A DNA stretch of 64,000 nt from Eledone cirrhosa (taxonomy: Eukaryota): assembly GCA_964016885.1 (NCBI GenBank), contig OZ024741.1, forward strand, positions 79,298,001 through 79,362,000, given 5' to 3'. A program made the translations under genes and the position numbers. The notes under the pieces were generated by a model. That model was not told the DNA's origin, did no database searches, and was given only the letters and a program-made list of their open reading frames with translations. This document shows positions 1 through 13,916 of this stretch, one piece after another. Position 1 is the stretch's first letter. Each line of letters begins with the position of its first letter.

Positions 1-1155
1 TAAATAAAGGAAAATGTTATAATTATTTAAGCGTAGAAAAAAGAAAAACGTATAACGTCATAATTTGTTTACATAATCAACGAATGTTTATACTGACTAA
101 ATTGATGTGATAAATGGGGAAAGAGAGCGGCTTAAAAAATATAATAATGAGAAAAAATAATATAAAGAAACATTAAATATGAACTATCTAAATAATTGTT
201 TTGTATAACCAAGTAGATAAAGAAATTTTCTAGAGTGATATAAAAAGTAGAGGACCAAACAACGTCTTAGTCTGTTTAAGAACTTTGTAGAATGTACTGA
301 AATATGCGAGAAAAAAGGTATTTGTGTAAAACAATATATATGTGTGAGAACATTTTTAATCTTAATCATGGAATAAGATATAGGGTATTAGCTGTATACT
401 TTGTGCAATGACCTAAGAGATTCATGGATGCAGAGAGAAAATAAATCGTTGCGTCTATTTATTATAGAGTTGAAATTCGTGATAATGGTAAATTTTTCAG
501 CTAGACATAAATTACAAGCCCTATATATGGAAGCGTTAGAATATGGAGAAGCATTGCATATTTTACGCCAAGAGATTTTGTAATTAATGTTTTTGTCTTT
601 TAAGGACCAGATGAGATCTGAGACATATATTACATTGTTTACGTTATTTGGTTTGACTAATAGTTAGCTGGGTTTTGGATCCAGTCATTCTGATCAACAG
701 ATCGTGGTGTATTAAGCAAAGAAAGCATTCAACGTCATGCTATATATGTTCCATCATAGATAGAACATATATAACACCTTTTATTGTTGCATAACTCTTA
801 TTTCTGCAAACCGCCATAGCAATAACAATGCCAGTTTGATTGCCTCCGTATAATTGATTCTTTGTTTTTGTTCTTATTTTTTCTGTGCCTCAGTAAAAAT
901 TGCTTAACTAGATCTATTATGTTCATACAGCTGATGACGTCGCCGGCTGTGTTGTCGCCTGGTCTAATGGCGTAATTAATTGGCCACAGAAATACGTATG
1001 ATACAACAATAAAAGAACTTATTGGAATCCGGCCATCACATGATATGCATTGATATGAATTCGTTCCTCTCAGAGTCAAAAGCATTAACACATTTTTCCT
1101 CTCTTTTTATTCTGTACTTGTTTCTAAAAAGTCAACCACCATCCGTTGGTATGCA

Positions 1156-1497
<342 letters not shown>

Positions 1498-1511
1498 ATA
1501 TATATAAAATA

Positions 1512-1622
<111 letters not shown>

Positions 1623-1670
1623 ATATATATATATTATATATATATAATAAAGTGAAATGATATTAGATAT

Positions 1671-1781
1671 AATAATTGTTTCTACTTTTTGGCACAAGGC
1701 CATCAAATACCCAGTACATTACTGGTACTTTATTTTATCGACCCTGTAAGGAAAGAAAGGCAAAATTAACCTCGGCGGGAT
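1671..1781 (-). mobile_element. tRNA-type SINE, 3' half
   Basis: Reverse complement of the window SINE core GCCTTTCATCCTTACGGGGTCGATAAAATAAAGTACCAGT and tail GGCCTTGTGCCAAAAGTAGAAACAATT. Confidence 0.8.
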
Positions 1782-1789
1782 ATAATAAT

Positions 1790-3109
1790 ACCCATGAAAT
1801 GCCATTAGATTTAATAATACCCATGAAAAAACATCCCAGAAAAATCCTTTTTTAGACCAAGGCTACAGGTCCTACGGCACCCGGTGGCACAAACCGATTT
1901 TGAAAAACCGAAAATAATCAACCTTTCAAATACAAACCTCTCAGCCCAACAAGTTAAAATTCTGTCTAAAGGACTGAAATTCACACCAACACCACAATAC
2001 TCCAACCTCAATGAGATAAATGACGATATTTCACACTTCTGTAGAAAAGTACGTCTCACAGAGGAATTTTTTGACAAGGAGAATAACGACCAATCAATTG
2101 TACGGAATAAATTGCTAACCATACTCCCACACACACATAACATCCATACACACACATAACACCCATACACACAGACACACACAACTCCCTCCCCCATTTC
2201 TACTAATAGAATCACTTTCCTACACACACAAAAATATATATTCTCTCCATCTTAACATACTCCCCCCACACACACACATAACACCCATACACACACACAC
2301 AACTCCCTCCCCCATTTCTACTAATAGAATCATCTTCCTACACACACACACACGCGCAAAAGCACACAAATAAACATACATATCTCTACTTTCTTTATTT
2401 CAATAGAAAGTCTGAATTCTGACACCCCAGCGAAACAGCCATATTCACTGAACCAGAACAATTCTCCCCATCACATTTCTCTTGACCATTATCTTTTGTT
2501 TGTCATAAAATTCTCTAAAGGGCTACAAAATAAATTCCCAAATACGGGCGCGAAATTTAATGAACTTGTTCATGTGATAGTTATAATTTCATTTATAACC
2601 AATCAAATTACATTTATAAAAAAAAAAGCCTTCGTGAGCTACTTTTTTTTAAGTAAAAAGAAATTCAAACAAACTGGCGCGAAAGCTGATCTGCTTATTC
2701 ACGTGACTGCATCAACCAACCAAACTTCACTCATATATGAAAAAACAACCTCAGCCCCACCCCCTTTGTTTCAAGAACTTTGTAAGGCGAACTGTCGCGA
2801 AATTTATTATACTTATTCACCAACCAATCATATTACTTCTCTAAAAACCTGGCGTTTCGAGCCACTTTTTTTCCATATAAAACAAGTAACATTCAAAGAC
2901 CAACCAGATGTGAGAAAAACGACAGACCCTCAATCTCAACTCTACTTTTGAAAAGCAAAAAAACTGCGAAACCGGTAAAGGAACCCAATATATATATATA
3001 TTTTTTTAAAATAAGACTCCAGTTGCATTTTCGATTTCATCTTTTTTCCTTATACTTTCACTCGTGTAGGACACTTCGGTTATTTTTCATTTTGTAAAAA
3101 AAACCTCAC

Positions 3110-3115
<6 letters not shown>
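1790..3115 (+). mobile_element. Internally deleted non-autonomous Penelope-like element (N-terminal ORF remnant plus HHR-bearing 3' repeat)
   Basis: ORF 1884-2159 has IINLS...ILSKGLKFTPTP...FCRKVRLTEEF, typical of the region before PLE RT and similar to ORF 44244 (CRKLKLIEYF...DESIVRNK). The 3' 205 bp recur at 7310 and 33444 and end in (TA)n. Linkage of the two parts is inferred. Confidence 0.65.
2945..2981 (+). ncRNA. Minimal type I hammerhead ribozyme, U3-A8 core variant
   Basis: ctt TTGAAAA gca-aaaaaac-tgc GAAA CCGG TA aag. Confidence 0.6.
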
Positions 3116-3160
<45 letters not shown>

Positions 3161-3218
3161 AAAATATGTTATGGAAGACTGTTAGCTTCTCGCTACAACA
3201 ATTTCTATACTTTTCATT

Positions 3219-3307
<89 letters not shown>

Positions 3308-4287
3308 CACACACGCACGCATACACAGGCACACATGTGTATATATGCGACCAGTGCTTTGAGTAAAAAACACCAAACTTCAACATTGAGCATATAAATA
3401 AATCGAAATAACAGAAGTCAACTTTATTCTATTATTGTTTTTCTGGGTTTTTTCTGTTCAAATTTTAGCTGTCTGGTGGTGTCGTGGCTGCTGCATGATG
3501 GTTATCACAAAGATATGCTTAACCGCGTATATGAATAAACGAGGTTAATTTTAACCTCTTGACTTACACTTCTTGTATATATATGTATATTTATTATAAG
3601 AGAAAGTATGACCCCGACGGCTTGAGCTCTGCCGTCGGGGTCATACTTTCTCTTATTACCCTCTCTACTACCCTAAGTATTTAGTACTCTGGTGCGTTAT
3701 GGTCCAACTGGTTCCTTACCACAACTCCTCCGTTATATTTATTATATATATATGTATGAGTGAGTGTGTGTTTGTGTGTGAGTAAAAGGTAAACATAAAT
3801 AACAACACAATCGGTACAGTATATGGAAGGAATATATTAGATTAACGCTTGAAATAGCAGGAAGAGAGGTTTTAGCGCTTCGGACGCTAGTCCTTCACCA
3901 GAAAAAAATAATGAGAAATTAGAAAGATTGAAGGGACGGGCGGGGAGGAATCGGAAAAAATGTTTTTAGAGAAAAATAACGGGTTCATTCATATTGCCAG
4001 TGGCGGACTGGCCAGGTTGCCAGGTTGCCCAATGGCATGTGAGCCCCAGGGCGCCCACGGTAGCATTGTACGGGCCTCCACATTGCAGGGCCCACTGTAG
4101 TATTTTAGGGTTCAATCCTTTGCTTTCAAAAAATACCTGAAATCTAAGAGAAAGAATAACATCTTTCAAAAATAAATAAAACAATTAAGCAAACCATTTG
4201 GTCAACCAATTCCCAAAGGAATTACTAGAAACCAAAATATATTATAATGAAAATGCATGTAAATATACATATATAGACAGATACACA

Positions 4288-4363
<76 letters not shown>

Positions 4364-4807
4364 AATACATTATCGGAGAAAGCTAATAGCGATACTCCGG
4401 CCAAATCCCAACTCACTCAACAAACATTAGGAAATAAGTGAGTATATTCCTAATTAAACGTGTTCGGGGTGCTAACTATATTGTATTGTGTGGAAAATTG
4501 GCTGTATTATTTCATATGAGATATATCAAATATATCTCTTCCCAGACGGACGTCTCGTTTCATTAAAAGATTCCTACAAGTTGGGTGAAATTATACCAAT
4601 TTATGTAGAAGCTTGTATAAGATCAACAGATACTTATTCAAGTGGGCTCTTATAATTCTTCAGTGGGTGCCCAATAACATTAATATTAATAATCAAATCA
4701 ACATCAATATTTAGCGATAATCCCCGTCAGTGCTTGAGGTAGCTGCTAGGTTGCTAGCCCAGCAGTTCTAAAGAAATTCTCATACTTGGTCAGTAGTTCG
4801 TGTGTAA

Positions 4808-4859
<52 letters not shown>

Positions 4860-4880
4860 TTACACACGAACTATTGACTA

Positions 4881-5065
4881 AATAATTGTTTCTACTTTTG
4901 GCACAAGGCCAGCAAATAGCCAGTATATTACTGGTACTATATTTTATCGACCCCGTAAGGATGAAAAGCAAAGTTAACCTCGGCGAGATTTGAACTCAGA
5001 CCGTAAAGGGACGTAACTACGCTGGAAAGCATGGCGTCCGACTCTCTACAGATACTGCCAATCCA
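4881..5065 (-). mobile_element. tRNA-type SINE, full length
   Basis: A box TGGCAGTATC, B box GAGTTCAAATC, central core and tail; flanked by AACTA(T/C)TGAC(T/C)AAATAATT duplication. Confidence 0.85.
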
Positions 5066-5077
5066 ACTACTGACCAA

Positions 5078-5261
5078 ATAATTGTTTCTACGTTAGGCAC
5101 AAGGCCAGCAATTATCCAGTGCATTACTGGTACTTTATTTTATCGACCCCGTAAGGATGAAAGGCAAAGTCAACCTCGGCGGGATTTGAACCCAGATCGT
5201 AAAGGGATGTAACTATGCTGGAAAGCATGGCGTCCGACCCTCTACCGATACTGCCAATCCA
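5078..5261 (-). mobile_element. tRNA-type SINE, full length, tandem to previous copy
   Basis: Same family; GGGTTCAAATCCCGCCGAGGTTGACTTTGCCTTTCATCC on the minus strand. Confidence 0.85.
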
Positions 5262-5342
5262 CATTTGGTAAAAATGGGTTAAAGACTTCTGTCAAATCAA
5301 TTAGTGAACGTGGTGTATATATATATAGAGAGATAGATAGAT

Positions 5343-5404
<62 letters not shown>

Positions 5405-6010
5405 AGTGAGTGTGAAAGATCAAAAGTCATTATTGAAAGTCGTTATTTATTCATTATACAAATTAAATGGTACCATTCTATATATAGGTGGGCCCCCCTC
5501 ACCTGTCAACCAATATTTTTAGACCTAGTCCGCTACTGTATATATATATATATAATAATAAAATAAGATGCTGAGCTTACATATATCGTTTAATCATAAC
5601 TATTTCTACGGTTCTCCATGCAATCGAGATGTCCTTCATGCATTTGCTGTTGATTATGAGAACGGTTTCCTCAGATGAAGATTGATATATTTGATATGCC
5701 GCTGGCAGGAAAACACACATCCTAATGCCTGTGCCTCCAGCATACATATGAGTTCCTTGAAGGGTTTGGCGGCCGTCGCGTTTGTTAGAAAAAGCTATCA
5801 ACGACAAAAGACGTAAAGAACGAAGAACCGTGTGCAACCAAAACCCAGTAGACAGTGGAAGAAACACAAGGAGCTCTGAGGGGGTGGGGTATACATTTAG
5901 TTGACGACCACCTATAGACAACAACAACAACGACAATGACGACTACAATAACAACAATGACAATAACATAAAACCGCCGACCAAAGTTATCCACACGGTC
6001 GCAATAGTCG

Positions 6011-6131
<121 letters not shown>

Positions 6132-7030
6132 ATGCCAATTATTGTAAGTTTGAATCTAACTGACATGCATAAACATTTATATAGGAATAAGGTAAGCCCA
6201 AATCATAGTAGATTCAAATATCACAGAGAGAGAGAGAGGGGGGAAGGCGGGATGAGGTGGAACAGAAATGAAACATGGATTACAGGTTAAAATGTAGTCT
6301 AGATAGATGAGAAACAAAACGAGGATGTAGTTTATGGAATACCCAAATGATTTAGAAGTCGACCTTAAGTAGGCGCAATAACATTAAGAAAGATATGAAC
6401 GACACCACGTCATTTTGTTTTGAAAATTTCGAAAGTAGGTTTTTAAGTATGAATTTTCACAAGATTTTTGTAGTTGTCTCTGTGGACTGGTGATAAGTTC
6501 TAGAGACGGTGGAGATCCTAACCGTGGGTTCAATCCTGGTCAAGAGGTGCATGTAACCTTTTTCAGTTTTTAGTTTACAACCAAAGGAAAAAAACTGAAA
6601 AGTTTTACCTGGGAACCCTACTCCCGACCAGGATCGAACTTTAGACCAGGATCACCACCGTCAATGATACCGCCAACTAGACCACCGAGACAGTTACAAA
6701 CGTATAATGAAAATTAATAATTATAAACCTACTTTCAAAATCAAAGTTAAAAAGATGTGGTGTCGTACATGGCTTTCCTAGAGCTATTATTAATATTTAG
6801 GGTCGACTTCTGGTCATTATTGAAAGTCTCTGGATTTCGCAAAATACATGTTATTTTTTATTGGAAAAAGTAAGATATTTTTCCGCAAAAATTTGATTAC
6901 ACTGTTTTGTTTCCACTTATGTATTTTTCGAAAATGTTATATATTCATTATAAAAATTAAATTATATATAGGCGGGCCCCCTTCATATCCTGGCAACCAA
7001 TATTTTTAGACCTAGTCCGCCACTGCACGT

Positions 7031-7082
<52 letters not shown>

Positions 7083-7158
7083 ACGTGCAGTGGCGGACTA
7101 GGTCTAAAAATATTGGTTGCCAGGATATGAACGGGGCCCACCTATATATAATTTAATT

Positions 7159-7566
<408 letters not shown>

Positions 7567-8088
7567 TTTGGTGTGAAGCCCAACGAAACGTAAGTATCTG
7601 CGTCTGCCACAGAACTTTGACATACAAAAGAAGAAAGCTATGGATATGAGTTTGAATGGGATTACTGGAAATACTGTAAAATCTTGACATTCCCTTCCCC
7701 AAACCTTCTCATCCTAAGAACCTGTGCGGCATCAATTTGACATCTAAAAGTATTCAATTCTACAATTGCTTCCCAAGATGATTACTTAAAGAATGGTAAA
7801 CGTCAACTAGATGTATTAACCTTTAGCCTATCAGGTTAGCCATCTGCAAAGGATTACAACCAGGCACACCAAGATTCATCAATTCATTGATCTACTAATT
7901 AGAGATGCTTCGTACACTGCAAGCCCTAACAAAATTATTGAACCCCTGGATATATACAAAAATAACACAAAAGAAATAGAAGATTCAATTAAAAATAATA
8001 GTTGAGCTAGTGTTAAAATATTTAATGTATTGAATATCAAAAGGCTAACTAGAAACACTTATATTAAAATTTGAATTAACGCATTTAA

Positions 8089-8308
8089 CCCTTTAGCATT
8101 TAAACCGGCCATATTCGGCCAGAATTCTATCACCTCTTTCTCCTCAAACCGGTCGTAACTTGATACTCATACTTATGTTGAGGTATTGTTCTCAAAATAA
8201 ATAACATCAGAATCTCATAGATTCGATATTATGTGAGATATCATGTGGGATGAAGCCTTTACGATAAAAATACAACTGTATTTATAGAGTAATGTGAATG
8301 CTAAAGAG
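8089..8308. mobile_element. piggyBac-like MITE
   Basis: TTAA-CCCTTTAGCATT ... AATGCTAAAGAG-TTAA: TTAA TSDs and CCC-start TIRs. Confidence 0.8.
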
Positions 8309-10026
8309 TTAATGATTTGGGCATTAAAACTCTCTAACTAGAAGCAATTTGTAGTTAGTATAGTATTCGCATTTTAATGCAAATAACATTAAAATATACG
8401 ACTAAAATTTTAATATTTGCCGGAGACAACTCTGCACATATTTCGCTCTTATTACCACCTCATTATCGAAGTATAAACGTCGACGTACTTTCCAAAGTAG
8501 TGAAAGTAGATTGATTAAGTACATGTATTTGACGACAAAACAAAAAGAAAAAAATGAAGTTAGCGTTGACATATTTTATATATTGAGCATTAAAACTTGT
8601 ACCAGAAATAATAATACTTAAGTTAGTATTAACATATATATTTTATGGACAGTAAAAAGCTAATTACAAATAATTATGTGGCTACGATAAAAACAACACG
8701 AGTCATTGATTAGTATAATTTTTTTAATTAATTCATCGAGTACATGAGACAAGCCATATGTTTCTACGTGTGGTAATAAACAGGGTATTACCATAAATGT
8801 AAATTTATGTTATAAATTAACAGTGTAATATTGATATTTGCTGGACAAAACGTAAGTGTATATTCGATCAACATAATTTGTAGTTGGTGTTCTTTAGTCA
8901 AAGGTGTTCCAGTCCTGAACATCTTGTTTCTTCTTTGGGTATAGTAAATCTTGGACCTTATGATTTAATGTCACTCTCTATTTTCAAGATAGTAGGATGA
9001 CATTGGAGCTCTTATTTTGTAGGCCTGGTGACCTTGCAGGGATTCTCCCTGTGGATTATTTTTTGATCACCACTCTCCTTCATTTACAAAAGTCGACGTG
9101 GCAATAAATATCTTATTTATAGCCATAAACCTCTAAACTTTCGCTCTTTTAATTGGGAAGATTTGCTTCGTCATTTATTGCATCCATTTCCATAAATATC
9201 TTCGTTGTCGAAGAAAAATAGAAGATAGATAAGTTTTCCTCTTCTTTACCTAAATACAGAGAGCAGGGGAGGAATCATGCAGACTGGTACAAGCAAACAA
9301 ACAAATAGATAAACAGACAGATAGACAGACAAAACACAACCATTTCGACTATAATCTTTGCTGCTTGACAAACCATTCCATTTCATTCTGAAATCGTGTC
9401 GCTTCCCATCATCTGAAAATTATGAAAACAGAATGAAGAAAGAAAAAATAAAGCAGATTATTTCAAAACGAGGCTGAGAAAATAACAAAGAAAAATCAAA
9501 ATAGGAAATAAAAGAACGACAACCAGTGAAAAGATAAAAGAACAGAAAAATCAGTAAAAACTGAATGAAAACAAAAACCTAATAAAATGAACAAGTTGAC
9601 CGTTGAGAGATGTTATCAGGTGAAGGGGAAAAATCGCATCCAATTGCAGACAGCTCTCCTATTGAATATATAATGACAGAGGATGAGAGGGAAAGATGGA
9701 GGAGAGTGTAAGACGAGAAGAGTGTGAGGGTGGGAAGGGAAGCGAAAAAGAATGAAATGCAGAGAGGATTTGAAGACAAACAAAAAAATCTATGTAAAAG
9801 GGGTATGCTAATGCATTCCAGTTCTCAAAGAAGAAATGTTGACAAAGTACTTGGCTCACTCGCTGATTGATGTACTGTTTTTGTATGAAATACAGAGGCA
9901 CTCACGAAACTCGAGTACCAGTTAACCGAAATATATATAATAAGTACGACTCTACAACAGGTATAGAGTCACCTTATAAGTAAATGTTGTTATTTATATA
10001 CCTATAAATCCGCAATCCAATATTAA

Positions 10027-10116
<90 letters not shown>

Positions 10117-10329
10117 TTTACGTATCGAGAAAGAGAAAAAAGGGGGGATAGGTGATACATATAGTTATTTGCCAAGTAGCGTATGCCAAAGGTGCTCGAT
10201 ACTAGTGCCGGCAGTATTAAATATTTGAAGTGTTAATATTTAGTGGGCTAGAGAGTTAGCAGAGCGTAAGCACGTGGGAAAGTAAGAAATCGGAGAATAG
10301 ACCGTTAAAACATGTTTATTTAAAATATC

Positions 10330-10368
10330 ACCTACGTACGTTTCGCCCAGTTGGGCTTCTCAAGGGCA
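10330..10368 (-). ncRNA. Type I hammerhead ribozyme, U3-A8 variant (plus-strand copies at 12081-12119 and 12250-12288)
   Basis: gccc TTGAGAA gccca-ac-tgggc GAAAC GTAC GTA ggt; stem I is short. Confidence 0.65.
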
Positions 10369-10662
10369 TAAATAATCACAAGTGTTCCTTATATTGCTCG
10401 GAAAGAGTTTTGGGGGTTAAATCCACATCAAGGTTCATTGCTCGCAAAAATATCTTGTTTTGATTTTGCAGCAAGTCAAGGGAGGTAACTCTGGCCGGTG
10501 TTAGGGCAGTCTTTCCCGGACAATTTTTTTCTTCTTTTTTTTTGCCGCATCCGTTTGTCTGAGGCTGGGTCTGGTATGCAAGGATTGTTTCCTGGGTGTT
10601 ATTTTGCAGCGCCTGCCCGCCGGGGTGTTAAGACTTGTTGCAGGGAGATCCAGTGTACTATT

Positions 10663-11574
10663 TCACTCTTCATCCTTAACCCATCTGAAGAAGGATATTT
10701 TTAAGCGATGTGTACAACTTATCGCTGTTTCAGCTCTGCTGTTGATGAGCTCGTGGGGTGCAGTTATGATGTGGTAGAGCTCCATGAGGCAAAGATCGCA
10801 TTTCCTCTTGAAGTTGTACGGTGCAGCCCTGCCGACAATCTTCCAGTGCGTGGAGAAGCTGATGTTTAAGTCCTTTAGTGGTGTGATGTAGTCCGCGAGC
10901 GAGGTGGAGTGCCTTAGTTTTCTATTTGTGAAAGAGTGAAGATGTGTTCGAAACCTAATTTTGAACGGGCCGGAGGTTACCCCTATATAATGTTTAACGC
11001 TATTGTGGCTAGTAATAGTGCATCTATATATAACCCTATCAGTCAAGCAGTATCCTCTAAGGGGGCAGCGTCCTCTGTCGCGGCAGTTGCAATTTCTGTC
11101 GCGGTTCCGTCTATTTCCCACGGTAAGGCTATCATTGTTGCTGCCTACGTTGTTACCTACGCTACCGCAGCTGTCGTTAGCACAATTACAACCCACAGCA
11201 CGCGGAGTGGTGCGATTGTTATTCCGCACGTCATGTTCTGCATGTTCCCCAGTCATTTCGCGGTTATTCTGGTTGCGTCTGCGGATGCCGTTGCCAACAC
11301 TATTGGATGCTGCCAGGGAGTTGTTAAGGCCGATATAGTTATTGTCAGGTGTAGGTGCGTCTGTGTCGAGGTGCTGTGTCTTGGTGATCTTACTGTGGTT
11401 CGTTGTTCCTATGATGTCTGCTAGGTTAGGAGTAGTAGAGAAGGATATTTTTATATTGTTCTTATTAAGAATTTTTCTATACCTATGGTTGGGCGCGAAG
11501 ATCTTCTCTAAGGCTTCGAAGAACATCCGGGGTATGTTGGAGGCCACACTCCGAGAGTAGGGGGAGGGGACCAT
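10663..11574 (-). pseudogene. PLE C-terminal region with GIY-YIG endonuclease
   Basis: HRYRKILNKNNIKISFSTTPN; CNCRDRGRCPLRGYCL; VIY...HYIG; RFRTHLHSF; CDLCLME; INSRAE. Confidence 0.85.
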
Positions 11575-12135
11575 AGGACGTTACGGTGGCGATTACGTGT
11601 CCTTGTACTTTTGCTACGGGTGGTTCCATCTAAGTGACCGCTCTTATATGTGTTAATGCGCAGTCGCCCGTTCGGTGCCCCTTTCACTTTATGCTCGGGT
11701 GCACTCTTTCTACCTCTTCCATGTTTATGTACACGAAGATGTTGGTTGGAAGGCGTTGGTAGTAGGCCGTCGCCTTTGTTGGTTTTGTAATAGGGGAATA
11801 GTTTGAGTAATCTACAGTGTTCACCGTCGCCGGGGACGTGATCTTTGGTGCGGTTATCTATTCTATTATATCCGAGTTCAACGAGGTCGCCGCGTGATCG
11901 GTTATAGGTATGGCTTACTATAACGTTAGTTTTATGAGGGGGTGGTTTCTAGAGCTAGCGTTAGGGATGTAGGAAAATCCTCGGTTAAAGCCGGCGCTTA
12001 TCAGGGCCCTATTGTAGTAATCTGCCGCTTGGTTGAAGATACTCTTTCCGGGCAATATAAGGAACACTTGTGATTATTTATGCCCTTGAGAATCCCAACT
12101 GGGCGAAACGTACGTAGGTGATATTTTAAATAAAC

Positions 12136-12196
<61 letters not shown>

Positions 12197-12331
12197 AATA
12201 TTTGAAGATACTCTTTCCGAGCAATATAAGGAACACTTGTGATTATTTATGCCCTTGAGAAGCCCAACTGGGCGAAACGTACGTAGGTGATATTTTAAAT
12301 AAACATATATATATATATGTGTGTGTGTGTG

Positions 12332-12918
12332 TGTATAAATATTTCGTATCTCCAAGGAAATACGGTTTTAGGAAGCCGTAGCTATGCAAACACCGGGGGG
12401 CTAACGCCCTTTGGCGATGTCCAGCAGAAACAAGGGGGACAACCGTCTATGCATTTCAGGCTTAACTGGCCTTCGTCAGGGCGGTCCCTCCCACCGCTTG
12501 CGACTGCTGGACTAGACGAGAAAATATATTTTTCTCGTCTGTGTAAATGAGGGGATTAATCTCAAGTTATGCTTGCAGCGAAATCCTATTTCTTTTTTAT
12601 TACAAGTTGAGCCAACTTATGCAGCTTATATGCAAATGAGATTAATCACCTCATTTACACAGACGAGATAAGTATATTTTCTCGCCTGTCTTCTAGTCCA
12701 GCAGTCGCAAGCGGTGGAAGGGACCGCCCTGACGAAGGCCAGTTAAGCCTGAAATGCATAGACGGTTGTCCCCCTTGTTTCTGCTGGACATCGCCAAAGG
12801 GCGTTAGCCCCCGGTGTTTGCATAGCTACGGCTTCCTAAAACCGTATTTCCTTGGAGATACGAAATATTTATACATATTGTATAAAGCTATGCTTGAAGT
12901 GAAATCCTATTTCTTTTA
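12332..12918. mobile_element. Non-coding fold-back element with ~235-bp inverted arms, each carrying a hammerhead
   Basis: 12332-12564 mirrors 12637-12875; the spacer repeats the 3' tail TATGCTTG..GAAATCCTATTTCTTTT also found at 12890-12918, followed by (TA)n. Confidence 0.85.
12723..12766 (+). ncRNA. Type I hammerhead ribozyme (mirror copy at 12442-12485, minus)
   Basis: accgcc CTGACGA aggc-cagttaa-gcct GAAA TGCA TA gacggt; palindromic stem III ATGCAT. Confidence 0.8.
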
Positions 12919-13860
12919 TATATATATATATATATATGCCAGCTTAACCTCTTCAAATGCAAGTCGGTGTTATAACGGTATGTCGAATCTATTTATCTAT
13001 AAAACTGTTTATATTGTATTTTGTCTGAGGAAGGCATAGCATATTGTTAATATGATATCCCCGAAATATATATAATGAAATAAATATGGTTTTATAAATA
13101 TAGTTTCCATTTATTTAATATTGTATATATATATATATATATTTCCCCACCTACAGAAATATCTGTAGGTGGCGAAAAGGAAAAAGGAAAACAGTGCTTA
13201 ATCATTATTATATTATTTATTCATATTCATACACGGAACAAAAGCGCTACCTAAGGTTTCAAGGCCCAATATTGACCATATCTCCAGAATGTAAGAAGGA
13301 TCAAAATTGTGACCTAGCCTTCAGGCTTTTATACAGAAATGTTGGACGGCCAGATCTCGGGTACAAAGAAAAGCTGAAGAGTAACCTTTCAGCAACCAAT
13401 ATGCCTTATAAAACATTTGGGCAAGTAGCCTTGGATCGGAAGGACTAGAAATCTGTGTGTCATAATGGGATCAGGAACTTCGTGTCCGGTTGTATCCATA
13501 GGCTACAATAAGCAATAGGGAGGAGACAAGCATTATCAAACATACCAGCAACAGTGTCCAGTAACCTTTACACTTGCATGAACTGAGTAGTTTGAATTTT
13601 GTTACTCTGGAGTTACTCGTGTGTACTGACATCAGAAAAAGTAAAATAATAGGTTTTGTCCAGCGATGATAGAAAGGAGTGGGAGTCACTTCAGTTTTAT
13701 ATATACAACAGTTGAAAACTTAACTGAAAAATTAGAAAAGTTATGGAGCGTGGAATACATAAAGAACCGAAATGGTGCTAGGGTAACTTTACCTCTCATT
13801 CCTTAAATGCCAGAAGAAATTGTAGTACGCAAAGGAAACTCAAGTGTTACTGGATTAGCC

Positions 13861-13911
<51 letters not shown>

Positions 13912-13916
<5 letters not shown>

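Larger units (their letters stand above)
10312..12306 (-). mobile_element. 5'-truncated Penelope-like element (probably Hydra-type) with two inverted copies of its 3' end
   Basis: Degenerate thumb plus GIY-YIG coding on the minus strand (10663 to ~12045); 10312-10408 is mirrored at 12041-12137 and ~12210-12306. Confidence 0.85.

Noticed and set aside
926-1004. CTGATGA ... GAAATACGTATG as a hammerhead
   Set aside because: Position 17 is G and no stem I or stem II pairing was found
3870-3904. Minus-strand CTGGTGA a ggac-tagc-gtcc GAAG
   Set aside because: HHR-shaped, but two core substitutions; at most a dead relic
5610-5680. Minus-strand CTGAGGA ... GAAATAGTTATG
   Set aside because: Cleavage triplet ends in G and stem I is only 2 bp
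10936-11560. Plus-strand ORFs of 162, 111 and 72 aa
   Set aside because: Antisense shadows of the PLE GIY-YIG ORF
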